DNA of 64,000 nucleotides, from positions 28,914 to 92,913 of the forward strand of contig JBBSQW010000011.1 of the NCBI GenBank assembly GCA_038243635.1. Reading direction: 5' to 3'. The notes beneath the pieces were generated by a model. It had not been told where the DNA came from and searched no databases. It was given only the letters and a program-made list of their open reading frames with translations. The stretch is from Sphingobacteriales bacterium (GTDB taxonomy: Bacteria > Bacteroidota > Bacteroidia > Sphingobacteriales > Sphingobacteriaceae). This document shows, piece after piece, positions 30,141-42,041 of the stretch (the stretch's first letter is position 1; each line of letters opens with the position of its first letter). A program made the position numbers and the translations under genes.

Positions 30141-31496
30141 ATGGCAAAACATATAAAAGCTATAAAATGCCCAAACTGCGGTAGCGTTGACAAAACGGAG
30201 ATCAAACCTGATTATTTTAAATGTAACAGTTGTCAAACAGAATATTTTTTGGACAATGACGACGTTAACATCAATTACAACCATAACTATAACAGTTCGT
30301 TTCTCGAAACTCTCAAAAAACACAAGAAAACCCTTATTTATATAGCCTGTGGTTTTTTTCTTTTGTTTATTCTTCCATCCATAATTACGGGTCTTTTTTC
30401 CAGCAATAAACAGCCAGTATCAAATGACAGCGCTTACAGTGTTCGGGAAGAAGAGAAAGAGGTTATCGATCAAGGTTTTTCCAGCAGTTTTGGAAACAGT
30501 ATTATCTTTTTGCAAGGCAAATCTCAAGAGCCAGTTACTCTAATAGTAGAGGGCAGGCGATATAAGGCGAGAGAGAATGAACTTAAGAATGGCCTTTATT
30601 ATGCTTTTTACAGCCCCACCAAGAAAAAACTTTTAGCAGAGCAAAAATTTAGCGATGACACTGATGATTCTTATAAGATAAAGTTTAAAAGACTTTCTGA
30701 CGGTAATATTTACACCATAGATAAACAAAGCCGAATTTTTAAAGTTGACGAAAATGATTTGAAACTGGTAGACATGGATGATCAGTTTTTCGCCAAAGTC
30801 AAAGGCCTTGAAGTGGGGGTTGCCAAGTTAGAATTTGTTAGAGATAGCTACGGAGACGGGTTTATTTTAACAACCAACGAAAACAAAGTCCGTTACTTTT
30901 ACCCATTAATCGGCAAATTATATACGGAGAAAGAATTTTATCAGGTTTCGGGTGGCTTCAACAACATGTTGGCAAATGCCAAGAATACAACCTTCCATCT
31001 TTTTACAAATGAAAGCACCTACTATCCAGAAGATTTACGTCAACTGTTAAAAGTGACCTATAAAGACAATGGAGCTGGCCCTAAAGAAATTATAAGTCAC
31101 GTGAGTTGGAACAAAGACTATGGCGGTTCCGGAATTTTTACAGATCGGGATCCCTATAAAAAGGTTTTAATAAGCGATTACCGTAAACAGAATAGCCGGA
31201 TTTTGAATTGGAAAGACATCACTCCTGGCAGGCTTTACCTTAAGCCTAGTATTGTTTTAGACGAAGGCGATGACTTAGTGATCAAATTTGATACTGATGC
31301 TAGCGAAAAACCTGTAATTAAATTGCAAAAGCTGAGCAACACCGATGGAAAAGTGGAGTGGACGTCAACGATACCAAAAGGGATGAGTATAAAAGCCCTA
31401 AAACGCTATAAAAATGGATTTATAGGTGTTTACGGAGATGGAACACTTTTGTTTGATGCAAAAGGAAACATAACCACAGATTTTAAAATAGAATAG
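30141..31496 (+). CDS. Zinc-ribbon / single-TM membrane protein with large C-terminal domain (YdjG-like?)
   Basis: 451 aa; N-terminal CPNCGS...CNSCQ zinc ribbon, TM helix LIYIACGFFLLFILPSIITGLF, ~370-aa unknown domain. Confidence 0.6.
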   Translation: MAKHIKAIKCPNCGSVDKTEIKPDYFKCNSCQTEYFLDNDDVNINYNHNYNSSFLETLKKHKKTLIYIACGFFLLFILPSIITGLFSSNKQPVSNDSAYSVREEEKEVIDQGFSSSFGNSIIFLQGKSQEPVTLIVEGRRYKARENELKNGLYYAFYSPTKKKLLAEQKFSDDTDDSYKIKFKRLSDGNIYTIDKQSRIFKVDENDLKLVDMDDQFFAKVKGLEVGVAKLEFVRDSYGDGFILTTNENKVRYFYPLIGKLYTEKEFYQVSGGFNNMLANAKNTTFHLFTNESTYYPEDLRQLLKVTYKDNGAGPKEIISHVSWNKDYGGSGIFTDRDPYKKVLISDYRKQNSRILNWKDITPGRLYLKPSIVLDEGDDLVIKFDTDASEKPVIKLQKLSNTDGKVEWTSTIPKGMSIKALKRYKNGFIGVYGDGTLLFDAKGNITTDFKIE

Positions 31497-31499
31497 TAT

Positions 31500-32501
31500 A
31501 TGGGCTTAGGAAGTTTTTTTAAACGACAATTATCTCAAGTTATTGAGTGGAAAAATCAGGATAAAGCATTGCTGGTTTATAAGTTCCCTTCAGTTGATGA
31601 TGAAATAAAGAATGCGAGTAAATTGATTGTAGCGCCAGGACAAGCTGCGGTTTTGGTTTACGAGGGCAAAATTGAAGATCATATTGTAGCGTCTGGGATT
31701 TACGATCTCGAATCTGACAACCATCCATTTATAACCACTTTGCTGAAACTGCGGACTAACTTCGAGAGTGAGCATAAGCTTAAGATCTATTTCTACAGAA
31801 AATCTGAAACTGTGAATATAGGATGGGGAACCTCACAAGCCATTAAATACATCGATCCAGTTTATAATATCCCTGTAGAACTTGGTGCAAACGGCAGTTA
31901 TTCATTCAAAATAAATGATTTCTTATACTTTTTTGATGAGATAGTTGGCTCGAGAGATGTTTTCACTGTTGCAGAGGCCCAATCACTTTTGCAAAGTCGT
32001 TTCCCGCAATCTATCTCGTCTGCATTGGCACAAAACGCCATCGCCTATCCTAAGATTGATGCGCAATTGCCAAAATTGGCTAGCGATATTAAAGAATTGC
32101 TAAACGCCGAAGCTGAGAATTTGGGTCTGGCGCTCACCGATTTTAAGATCAATGGGACTATTTTTGATGATGCCACCAAAGAAAGAATTGAGAAAGTAGC
32201 CAATATTACCGCAGAAGCAATGGCTGCGAAAGAGGGTGATTTAACTTACGTTGAACTTGAGAAACTGAGAGCATTGAGAGATGCTGCAAGAAATGAAGGC
32301 GGCTTGGCAGGTGCTGGATTGCAATTTGGTGTGGGAATGGAACTTGGAAAAACGTTTAACAACACAAAAGATACGCAGTTGAACGCTCCAGCAGATGATG
32401 TGGTCGTTAAACTTCAGCAGTTGAAGTTATTGTTGAATGAAGAAATCATTACCAAAGAAGAGTTTGACGCCAAGAAACAAGAATTGTTAAATAAAATGTA
32501 A
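31500..32501 (+). CDS. SPFH/Band-7-like (PF13421-type, YdjI-like) protein with C-terminal SHOCT domain
   Basis: 333 aa; N-terminus MGLGSFFKRQLSQVIEWKNQDKALLVYKFP...IKNASKLIVAPGQAAVLVYEGKI typical of the SPFH family annotated as virion-core-like/YdjI; C-terminal KLQQLKLLLNEEIITKEEFDAKKQELLNKM is a SHOCT motif. Confidence 0.65.
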   Translation: MGLGSFFKRQLSQVIEWKNQDKALLVYKFPSVDDEIKNASKLIVAPGQAAVLVYEGKIEDHIVASGIYDLESDNHPFITTLLKLRTNFESEHKLKIYFYRKSETVNIGWGTSQAIKYIDPVYNIPVELGANGSYSFKINDFLYFFDEIVGSRDVFTVAEAQSLLQSRFPQSISSALAQNAIAYPKIDAQLPKLASDIKELLNAEAENLGLALTDFKINGTIFDDATKERIEKVANITAEAMAAKEGDLTYVELEKLRALRDAARNEGGLAGAGLQFGVGMELGKTFNNTKDTQLNAPADDVVVKLQQLKLLLNEEIITKEEFDAKKQELLNKM

Positions 32502-32511
32502 TCGATTTATC

Positions 32512-32754
32512 ATGAAAAAAATCATAGGATTTGCCATTGCATTGCTGGGTATTTGTTTCATTGGCATTTTAATACTTAGAATTTGGGATATAGAAATTGT
32601 AACTATCTCAGATTTAGTTAATAGCGGATTAACGCTGCTTTTATTGGGTATTTTAATTACCGTCTTAATTGTTGTTTACGGATTGTTTTATAAAAACGCT
32701 TCAAAAGGTTATGATAAATCTGTGGGCAACAGGGCACACTTAAAAAATAATTAA
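32512..32754 (+). CDS. Small two-TM membrane protein
   Basis: 80 aa; two hydrophobic helices; 10 nt after preceding gene. Confidence 0.5.
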   Translation: MKKIIGFAIALLGICFIGILILRIWDIEIVTISDLVNSGLTLLLLGILITVLIVVYGLFYKNASKGYDKSVGNRAHLKNN

Positions 32755-32947
32755 ATTTTAAATAAACAAGTAGGGATTGCGTAATTGATAGCAGTGAAAA
32801 GCCCACATCCGCCAGCCGGCGGAGTGGACTTGTAACGAATAGCCCGACCTTCTTTTTATTCGGGATACGCCCAAAAAGACGATTTAAATATCATTCCTCC
32901 CTAATAATTTGGCAATCTTTTAGATTTAAAACCGGTTTAATTACTAA

Positions 32948-34621
<1,674 letters not shown>

Positions 34622-34643
34622 GCATTCCATAAATAATTTTTAA

Positions 34644-34676
34644 ATGGCTTGTGTTTTCACAGGCCATTTTTTGTTT
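34644..34676 (+). terminator. Rho-independent terminator after pgi
   Basis: ATGGCTTGTG-ttttc-ACAGGCCAT-tttttgttt (one mismatch in stem). Confidence 0.7.
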
Positions 34677-35108
34677 AGTTAAAAACCAATAATAATTGTT
34701 TGGCTACAAACTAGCATCATTTTATAGCGAGCAAAAGATCAATTCCTCCAGCTCATAAACACACAGTTTAGCTTTCTAGAATGACATTTTGTTGAGTTAA
34801 AACGGTATAATAATTAACCTGAGTTCAATTAATAAGTTTGCTTAACAGTATTCTAAATAATTTGTGGAGGGTTTAATAGCGTTAACGATGGGAGCGGCAT
34901 CCTTTTTGGCTTTTTTTCCAAAAAGATAAAGCGGACAGCGTGTTAAAACGCCCTTGTAATTAGTCACCTTCCTTTTTCACTATTGGACTTAGGTTATCAC
35001 TAAACACCTAATTTGCTGATTTTTAAAGCTTCTATACAAAACCGATTTTTTTAACTTACCTTTGCCAAAAAATTATGCCGGTAAGATAAGACCGGGAAAC
35101 CCCACATT

Positions 35109-36410
35109 ATGAGTAACATATTAGCGATCGTCGGGAGACCGAACGTAGGGAAATCTACCCTATACAACCGTTTAACAGAATCTAGAAAAGCCATTGTTGA
35201 TGACCAAAGCGGTGTAACCCGCGACAGACATTACGGTATTGCCGAATGGACACACAAAAGTTTTACAGTGATTGACACTGGTGGATACGTAGCAAATTCT
35301 GAAGATGTTTTTGAAGCTGCCATTAGGGAGCAAGTACACATTGCCATTGAAGAAGCTAACGTTGTTGTGTTTTTGGTTGATGTAACTACAGGAATTACCG
35401 ATTTGGATGCAGACATTGCACAAATTTTAAGAAAAAGCAAAAAACCAGTTTACGTTGCAGTAAATAAAGTGGATAATTACCAATTACAGTCTGATGCTAC
35501 TGAGTTTTACAGCTTAGGATTAGGTGAAATCTATTGTATTTCTTCTATGAGTGGTTCTGGAACTGGAGAACTTTTAGACCAAGTAATTACCAATTTTGAT
35601 GAGATCAAAGAAGAGGAAAACAAGCTGCCTGTTTATGCAATTGTTGGACGTCCGAATGTTGGAAAATCATCAATGATTAACGCTTTAATTGGTAAGGATA
35701 GAAATATCGTAACCGAAATTGCCGGCACCACCAGAGATTCTATCCATATCCACTACAACCAGTTTGGGCATGAATTTATGCTGATTGATACTGCTGGTTT
35801 GCGTAAAAAAACCAAAGTTCATGAGAACTTGGAATTTTACAGCGTTATGCGTACCATTAAAGCGCTAGAAGAGTGTGATGTGGTAATTATAATGATTGAT
35901 GCAGTAGATGGAATTGAGTCTCAGGACGTAAATATTTTCCACCTTGCAGAGAAGAATAAAAAAGGCGTTGTAATTGTGGTAAATAAATGGGATTTGGTAG
36001 AAAAAGACCACAAAACTGTTTTAGAATTTACAGACAAAATAAAACAGAAATTAGCCCCATTTACTGATGTGCCTATTGTGTTTACCTCGGTAACTGAAAA
36101 ACAAAGAATTTTTAAAACCATTGAAGCGGCTGCTAAAGTTTACGTTAACAAGGTGAAGAAAATTCAGACTTCAAAACTAAACGATATTTTATTGCCTATT
36201 ATTGAGAAAACGCCACCACCGTCTATCAAAGGAAAGCACATTAAAATCAAGTACATTACGCAAATTAACGCTACGTCGCCAATGTTTGCTTTCTTCTGTA
36301 ATTTACCGCAGTACATTAAAGATCCGTACAAACGTTTTATAGAAAACAAGCTGAGAGAGCATTTCGATTTTGAAGGTGTGCCGATTCAAATATTTTTTAG
36401 ACAGAAGTAA
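35109..36410 (+). CDS. der: Ribosome biogenesis GTPase Der (EngA), tandem GTPase domains + KH-like domain
   Basis: 433 aa; two G domains (GRPNVGKST twice), typical length. Confidence 0.95.
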   Translation: MSNILAIVGRPNVGKSTLYNRLTESRKAIVDDQSGVTRDRHYGIAEWTHKSFTVIDTGGYVANSEDVFEAAIREQVHIAIEEANVVVFLVDVTTGITDLDADIAQILRKSKKPVYVAVNKVDNYQLQSDATEFYSLGLGEIYCISSMSGSGTGELLDQVITNFDEIKEEENKLPVYAIVGRPNVGKSSMINALIGKDRNIVTEIAGTTRDSIHIHYNQFGHEFMLIDTAGLRKKTKVHENLEFYSVMRTIKALEECDVVIIMIDAVDGIESQDVNIFHLAEKNKKGVVIVVNKWDLVEKDHKTVLEFTDKIKQKLAPFTDVPIVFTSVTEKQRIFKTIEAAAKVYVNKVKKIQTSKLNDILLPIIEKTPPPSIKGKHIKIKYITQINATSPMFAFFCNLPQYIKDPYKRFIENKLREHFDFEGVPIQIFFRQK

Positions 36411-36525
36411 TTAAGGGAGTCGGGAGTTGTTTAGTCCGCAGTCGGCTGTTTGAATGGCAACTCTTGACTACGGACAACGGACTTTAGACCACCGACCCTA
36501 ACTTTTTAACCAAATAAAAAACAAT

Positions 36526-36735
36526 ATGAGAAAATTTATTGCACTTTTTGTAATCACCACTTCCTTAGCATTCGCGGCTTGTAGTAACCAGCCAAAAACA
36601 GAGGAACAAATAGATGCTGCAAATCAATCTGCTGCAGATTCTTTATTAAATGAGGCTTTAGCCGATACTACAGTTAAGGACAATGTTGCGGTAGACAGTT
36701 TAGCGGTAGACACTACGCATGCACACGTTCATTAG
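36526..36735 (+). CDS. Small lipoprotein, unknown function
   Basis: 69 aa; lipobox LAFAACS; ends HAHVH. Confidence 0.45.
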   Translation: MRKFIALFVITTSLAFAACSNQPKTEEQIDAANQSAADSLLNEALADTTVKDNVAVDSLAVDTTHAHVH

Positions 36736-36766
36736 AATTTGTAAAACTAGCGATAAAAAACCTGGC

Positions 36767-38398
36767 TTAGGCTGGGTTTTTTAGTTTACTAAGCGCTGTA
36801 TTTACAAAATCGTCATTCTGGGTGTAGATACTATAAAACCCCTCTTCCCCAAAATAATACCTGGCAAGTATGGACTTGATTTGGCTAATAATTAAAGGCT
36901 TAGAAAGTAACGCTTGAGCTTTATCTACTTTAATTTTCTTGATGGAACAGTAGTTTAAAAAACCGGTATAATCTGCATCAGTAAAACGATAACTGTTTTT
37001 AAATTCATCTACTGTTTTAAACTGATTAATCTTTACGCTGTTGGTTAACTTGCCGTATACATACCGGGAAACTAAACCGCTAGCATTTATTTGTTGATAG
37101 ATTTCTGTAAACTTAGAAGTATCTAAAGCCACAAAAACATCCGGCATTATTCCGCCACCTGCATAAACTGTTCGTCCTTTTAAAGTTTTATACTTTTTTT
37201 GCTGATTTAAAAATGTGCTGTCTTTTAATGCGCTATCTAAAGATGTGTAATCACCATGTTCATACCGTTGATTAATTTCGTCTTTATAAACCTTAATACC
37301 TTTACTGTAAGATTTTTGGATAGACCGACCACTTGGAGTATAATATCTGGCAATCGTTAAATTCATTGCCGAACCATCGCCAAAACCAAACTGTTCTTGC
37401 ACTAAACCTTTACCAAAAGAACGTCTGCCAATAATCAAGCCTCTATCTAAATCTTGTATTGCGCCAGCTAGTATTTCACTTGCAGATGCAGTACCTTCAT
37501 CAATCAAGATAATTAACTTCCCATTCTCAAACATTCCGTCGGTAGTCGCTTTGTAATCAGTACGCGGCTCATGTAAGCCTTCTGTGTAAACAATCAGTTG
37601 GTCATCGCCTAAAAACTGATCGGCCAAAGCGGTTGCAGCACTTAAATATCCGCCACCATTTCCTCTCAAATCCAAAATAAGACTTTTCATCCCCTTCTTT
37701 TGAAGCGCATTTAGTTCAATACTAAAATCCTCTGCGGTGTTTGCTCCAAATCTGGTGATTTTCACAAAACCAATCTCAGGTTTAATTAAGTAGGCAACAT
37801 CCACGCTGCTCACTACAATTCTGCCACGTTCTATTGCTAAAGAAATAGGTTCGGTAAATCCGAATCTCAAAACGGAAACATTTAGCTTACTTCCTCTTTT
37901 TCCACGCAGCTTATTTACAATCAGATCTGTATCGCCTTTAACAACCATACTTTCTCCGTTCACGGCAATGATTTTATCGCCTTTTAACAAGCCTGCCTTG
38001 TCTGATGGTCCTTTCTCACGTACCGAAGTAACCAGTAAAGTATCGTTCAAAAGATAATACTCTATTCCTATCCCATCAAAATTACCTTCCAAGTTCTCGT
38101 TCTGCGATTTTGCCTGCATGGGTGGCAGATAAATTGTGTGAGGGTCTAACCCACTTAAAATTTCATCTATAGCCAGCTTTTGTAACGAATCAGTATTTAC
38201 AGAATCAACGTAATTGGTTTTAATAACCTTTAATATTTTATCTAATTTTTGATTGCTGCTGAATGCAAAAGAAGGAAATGCAGAATTGCTGTTGATAGCT
38301 CTATTTTGCTCGTAGGTTGCACCCAAAATAACTCCGAAAAAAACCGCAATTAGTGCAATAATGAAGTACGAAAAAGCGCTTTTTGGTGTGGAATTCAT
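36767..38398 (-). CDS. S41-family C-terminal processing (tail-specific) protease with PDZ domain
   Basis: 543 aa; N-terminal TM, PDZ (KGDKIIAVNGESM), S41 core (GLIIGRRSFGKGLVQ...). Confidence 0.85.
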   Translation of the reverse strand: MNSTPKSAFSYFIIALIAVFFGVILGATYEQNRAINSNSAFPSFAFSSNQKLDKILKVIKTNYVDSVNTDSLQKLAIDEILSGLDPHTIYLPPMQAKSQNENLEGNFDGIGIEYYLLNDTLLVTSVREKGPSDKAGLLKGDKIIAVNGESMVVKGDTDLIVNKLRGKRGSKLNVSVLRFGFTEPISLAIERGRIVVSSVDVAYLIKPEIGFVKITRFGANTAEDFSIELNALQKKGMKSLILDLRGNGGGYLSAATALADQFLGDDQLIVYTEGLHEPRTDYKATTDGMFENGKLIILIDEGTASASEILAGAIQDLDRGLIIGRRSFGKGLVQEQFGFGDGSAMNLTIARYYTPSGRSIQKSYSKGIKVYKDEINQRYEHGDYTSLDSALKDSTFLNQQKKYKTLKGRTVYAGGGIMPDVFVALDTSKFTEIYQQINASGLVSRYVYGKLTNSVKINQFKTVDEFKNSYRFTDADYTGFLNYCSIKKIKVDKAQALLSKPLIISQIKSILARYYFGEEGFYSIYTQNDDFVNTALSKLKNPA

Positions 38399-38713
38399 TT
38401 GTACAGCAAAATAAAACCATTAATGTTGTAATTACAATTATTTGAGTGTTTTTTAACAATAATAATTCACCTAAAAATAACGCTATCAAACAGCAAAGCA
38501 ATTAAATAGGAATGCTTTAACAAGCTTCGAGTCACAACTCTTTGCAAAAAAAGAACAGATTGAGATTCCAAGTCTCGAAAGAAAAATTTTTTGAGTATTC
38601 ATTAACGCAAAGCAGACAAAAAAAATCCTCCGAATAAAGGGAATATTGCATTTAGTAGCGGGCGAACAATTTCTTTTCAGCTATTTTTTTCCGACTTTCG
38701 TTAAAAAAACTAA

Positions 38714-39532
38714 ATGGGTATAGAAGTAACCGAGCAAGATTCGCTTTACAATAATTTAGAGCTAAAATCTACTTCAGAAATTTTAAGCAACATCAACAAA
38801 GAAGATAAAACCGTAGCACTTGCAGTTGAAGAAGTAGTTTCTAAAATTGAAGATTTTGTAAATGCCGCGGTGGAAAAAATGAAAGACGGAGGTCGATTAT
38901 TTTACATTGGCGCTGGAACTAGCGGACGCTTAGGTGTACTTGACGCTTCCGAGTGCCCCCCTACTTTTGGGGTTCCGTTTGATTTAGTAGTTGGCATTAT
39001 TGCAGGTGGTGATACCGCAATTAGAAGAGCTGTAGAAAATGCCGAAGACGATAATGAACAAGCTTGGAAAGATTTAGAAAAGTTCAATATTAGTAAAAAC
39101 GATGTTTTAGTAGGCATTGCAGCATCTGGCAGAACGCCTTACGTTATTGGTGGTTTAAAACGAGCTAATGAGTTAGGATTAATAACTGGTTGCGTTGTTT
39201 GTAATGCTGATAGCGCTGTAGCGGCAAGTGCAAAATACCCTATAGAAGTTGTTGTGGGACCAGAATACCTTACCGGCTCAACAAGAATGAAAGCAGGAAC
39301 TGCACAAAAGCTAGTTTTAAATATGATTAGTACCACCTTAATGATCAAATTAGGGAAAGTGAAAGGTAATAAAATGGTGGATATGCAGTTAACCAATAAC
39401 AAACTGGTAAACCGGGGAATTAATATGATTATTGCCGAAACTGGGACAACTAAAGAAAACGCCACGCAATTGTTAAGCACTTATGGAAGTGTTAGAAAAG
39501 CAGTAGAAGCTTTTTTAACTGACCTGGAATAA
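38714..39532 (+). CDS. murQ: N-acetylmuramic acid 6-phosphate etherase
   Basis: 272 aa; SIS domain FYIGAGTSGRLGVLDASECPPTFG and conserved Glu region. Confidence 0.9.
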   Translation: MGIEVTEQDSLYNNLELKSTSEILSNINKEDKTVALAVEEVVSKIEDFVNAAVEKMKDGGRLFYIGAGTSGRLGVLDASECPPTFGVPFDLVVGIIAGGDTAIRRAVENAEDDNEQAWKDLEKFNISKNDVLVGIAASGRTPYVIGGLKRANELGLITGCVVCNADSAVAASAKYPIEVVVGPEYLTGSTRMKAGTAQKLVLNMISTTLMIKLGKVKGNKMVDMQLTNNKLVNRGINMIIAETGTTKENATQLLSTYGSVRKAVEAFLTDLE

Positions 39533-39543
39533 AAACACAAAAT

Positions 39544-40110
39544 ATGCATGAAATAGAGCCTTATTATAAATGGAGAGACGATTATATAGCGTCAGAAGAT
39601 GAGCGCTCTCCATTTTATGAAATGGAATACAACGAATTTGAGTACGACAAACAAGTTTATAATTACCTTTTGCACCCGCAATGGGACTTTTTTGGATCAC
39701 ATACCCTTTACCTAAAAATTCTCTTTGTTGATTATGACCGTAATTACGCAATTCTTGAATTTATTGGGGAATGGAATGATGCGATAGACAACGATATTAT
39801 GTTGTTAAAAAGAGAAATTTTGGAATCTATCATGAGCGAAGGCATTGATAAATTTATCCTTATTGGCGAAAACGTATTAAACTTCCATTCATCTGATGAT
39901 TGTTATTACGAAGAATGGTTTCAAGAAGTTGAAGACGGTTGGATCGCTGGAATAAATTTTAGAGAACACGTGATTGATGAATTTAAAACCAACAACATTG
40001 ATTATTACATTAATTTTGGTGGTCAGCTTGATGATTTAAACTGGCGGCAGTTGAAACCATTGCAGTTTTTTGAAAAAGTTGAGGAGTTGATGACCAAACG
40101 ATTGAATTAG
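39544..40110 (+). CDS. Acidic hypothetical protein (188 aa), 11 nt downstream of murQ
   Basis: ORF only; Asp/Glu/Tyr-rich; no recognisable motif. Confidence 0.45.
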   Translation: MHEIEPYYKWRDDYIASEDERSPFYEMEYNEFEYDKQVYNYLLHPQWDFFGSHTLYLKILFVDYDRNYAILEFIGEWNDAIDNDIMLLKREILESIMSEGIDKFILIGENVLNFHSSDDCYYEEWFQEVEDGWIAGINFREHVIDEFKTNNIDYYINFGGQLDDLNWRQLKPLQFFEKVEELMTKRLN

Positions 40111-40274
40111 AATTGAGTACCACCTCGGTAAACAAAAACTAACAATATAAGAAAGCCACGCGAACGCGTGGCTTCTTCATCAAAAACCTAAACATTATAA
40201 CCGAAACAAACCATTAAATTTGCTGTAGATTTATGACGTTATAGCTACAAAAGGCTTAATCTGTCGTTCAAAAA

Positions 40275-40907
40275 ATGATATTTCAACTTACCGAAGAACT
40301 TATTTTTCCAAACCCGACGCTTGCTGATGAGGACGGCTTACTTGCTATTGCTGGAGATTTATCTTTGAACAGGTTAGTTTTAGCTTACCAAAACGGGATA
40401 TTTCCTTGGTTTACTGAAGATGACCCTATTTTATGGTATAGCCCACCAGAAAGGTTTGTGCTATTTCCCAAAGAAATAAAAATAAGTAAGAGCATGCGAC
40501 AGGTTTTAAATAGCAAAAAGTTTAAGGTAACACACAACCAAAACTTCAAAGCTGTTATTCAAAGCTGTGCAGATAGTAAACGAGAAGGACAAGATGGCAC
40601 TTGGATAAACAGTTTGATTTTAGATGCTTATTTAAAGCTGCACAAAAAAGGCTATGCCCACTCTATTGAAGTTTGGGAAGGCGAAGAATTAGTCGGTGGC
40701 TTATACGGCGTTTTAATCAATCGGGTGTTTTGTGGGGAATCTATGTTTTCTAAAAAAAGTAATGCTTCTAAAGTTGCTTTGATTTGGCTGTGCGAAAACG
40801 CCAATATTAAATTGATAGATTGCCAAGTTTACACTGAGCATTTAGAAAGCATGGGAGCAAGTTTAATTCCTCGATTTGAATTTCAACACTATCTCAAACA
40901 CAACTAA
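40275..40907 (+). CDS. aat: Leucyl/phenylalanyl-tRNA--protein transferase
   Basis: 210 aa; FPWF...PILWYSPPER...HSIEVWEGEELVGGLYGV...GESMFS motifs of L/F-transferase. Confidence 0.9.
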   Translation: MIFQLTEELIFPNPTLADEDGLLAIAGDLSLNRLVLAYQNGIFPWFTEDDPILWYSPPERFVLFPKEIKISKSMRQVLNSKKFKVTHNQNFKAVIQSCADSKREGQDGTWINSLILDAYLKLHKKGYAHSIEVWEGEELVGGLYGVLINRVFCGESMFSKKSNASKVALIWLCENANIKLIDCQVYTEHLESMGASLIPRFEFQHYLKHN

Positions 40908-41059
40908 AATAGCTGAGAAGTGTTCCTTACATTAATTGTATCTTTAGCAACATTGTAAATCGAATGAGTCAACCAACAACTAAATTAAATAGTATAAAAA
41001 AAATCGACCATAGACTATTAATCTATGGTCGATTTACCCAAATTGGGAATATTTATAAC

Positions 41060-42040
41060 CTATCTTACAATTACAGACATATCTACTCGTCTTGCGTTTT
41101 GTTCAGAAGATGATTTGTCCTCACCTCTAAAACTTACAATCAAACGATTTTTTGCTATTCCGTTTTCCATAAAAGCAGTTTCTACACTTTCCGCTCTGCG
41201 CATAGAAAGTTGTTTGTTATAGTCAGACTTTCCTATAGGACTAGCCCAACCTTCCATCAAAACTTTTGCTTCTGGATATGTCTTTAAAATTTGAGTGAAT
41301 TCTTTGATAGACTCAAAATAGTCAGCGCTCAATTTCTCTGAATTATTTGCAAAATAGACTTGTTGTTTAAAATAAGTCTTTTCTCCTGAATCGTTTTTCT
41401 TAACGGTTTTTCCAGGCGGGGTCATCTTCATTTCCAAGCTGTCCAAAGATCTTCTAACATCCATCAATCTGCTATTCATTCTGTCTAAGCTATCTTTCAG
41501 AGAACTTTCTCCTTTAACATTAGTAGGTTTAGCATTTCTCAAAGAATCGATTTTAGATTCTAAGTCTTTGATTTTATTGTTGTTTGAAGGAACCAAAGTT
41601 GTGGAGCTTCCAGTATTTGGGAGATAACCTTGACTAGATCCTGAATTGCCAGGAAGAATATAAGTTGAATTATCTCTATTTCTAGATGGAGCACCATTAT
41701 TATTTTGACCCATATTATCAACCCTTTGATTCAAGTAACGCAACTCGTTCAAGATTTGCTGATTTGATCCCCCATCATATCCAAAATTTTGCATAGTTGG
41801 ACGCTGTTGATAATTTTCTCTCAACTCGGCTAAATCTTGCTTTACCTGACCGCTTTGTCGCTCCATAAGCTGAGCTTTCCTAGCATCAGCTACTGTTTTA
41901 AGTAACGAAGCCAGCTCAGTTTTTGTCATTACGATTGTGTTTTTTTCAGTAGTCTTTCCGCTTTGAGCGAAAAGACTAGTTGAAAATAAAATACATACAC
42001 AAGGTAATATTGTTTTTAATTTATTTAGCTGCAACATCAT
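41060..42040 (-). CDS. OmpA-family protein with N-terminal Gln/Asn-rich coiled-coil region
   Basis: 326 aa; signal peptide; C-terminal OmpA_C peptidoglycan-binding domain (QQVYFANNSEKL...LMEGWASPIGKSDYNKQLSMRRAESV); starts 1 nt after upstream OMP gene. Confidence 0.8.
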   Translation of the reverse strand: MMLQLNKLKTILPCVCILFSTSLFAQSGKTTEKNTIVMTKTELASLLKTVADARKAQLMERQSGQVKQDLAELRENYQQRPTMQNFGYDGGSNQQILNELRYLNQRVDNMGQNNNGAPSRNRDNSTYILPGNSGSSQGYLPNTGSSTTLVPSNNNKIKDLESKIDSLRNAKPTNVKGESSLKDSLDRMNSRLMDVRRSLDSLEMKMTPPGKTVKKNDSGEKTYFKQQVYFANNSEKLSADYFESIKEFTQILKTYPEAKVLMEGWASPIGKSDYNKQLSMRRAESVETAFMENGIAKNRLIVSFRGEDKSSSEQNARRVDMSVIVR

Positions 42041-42041
42041 A

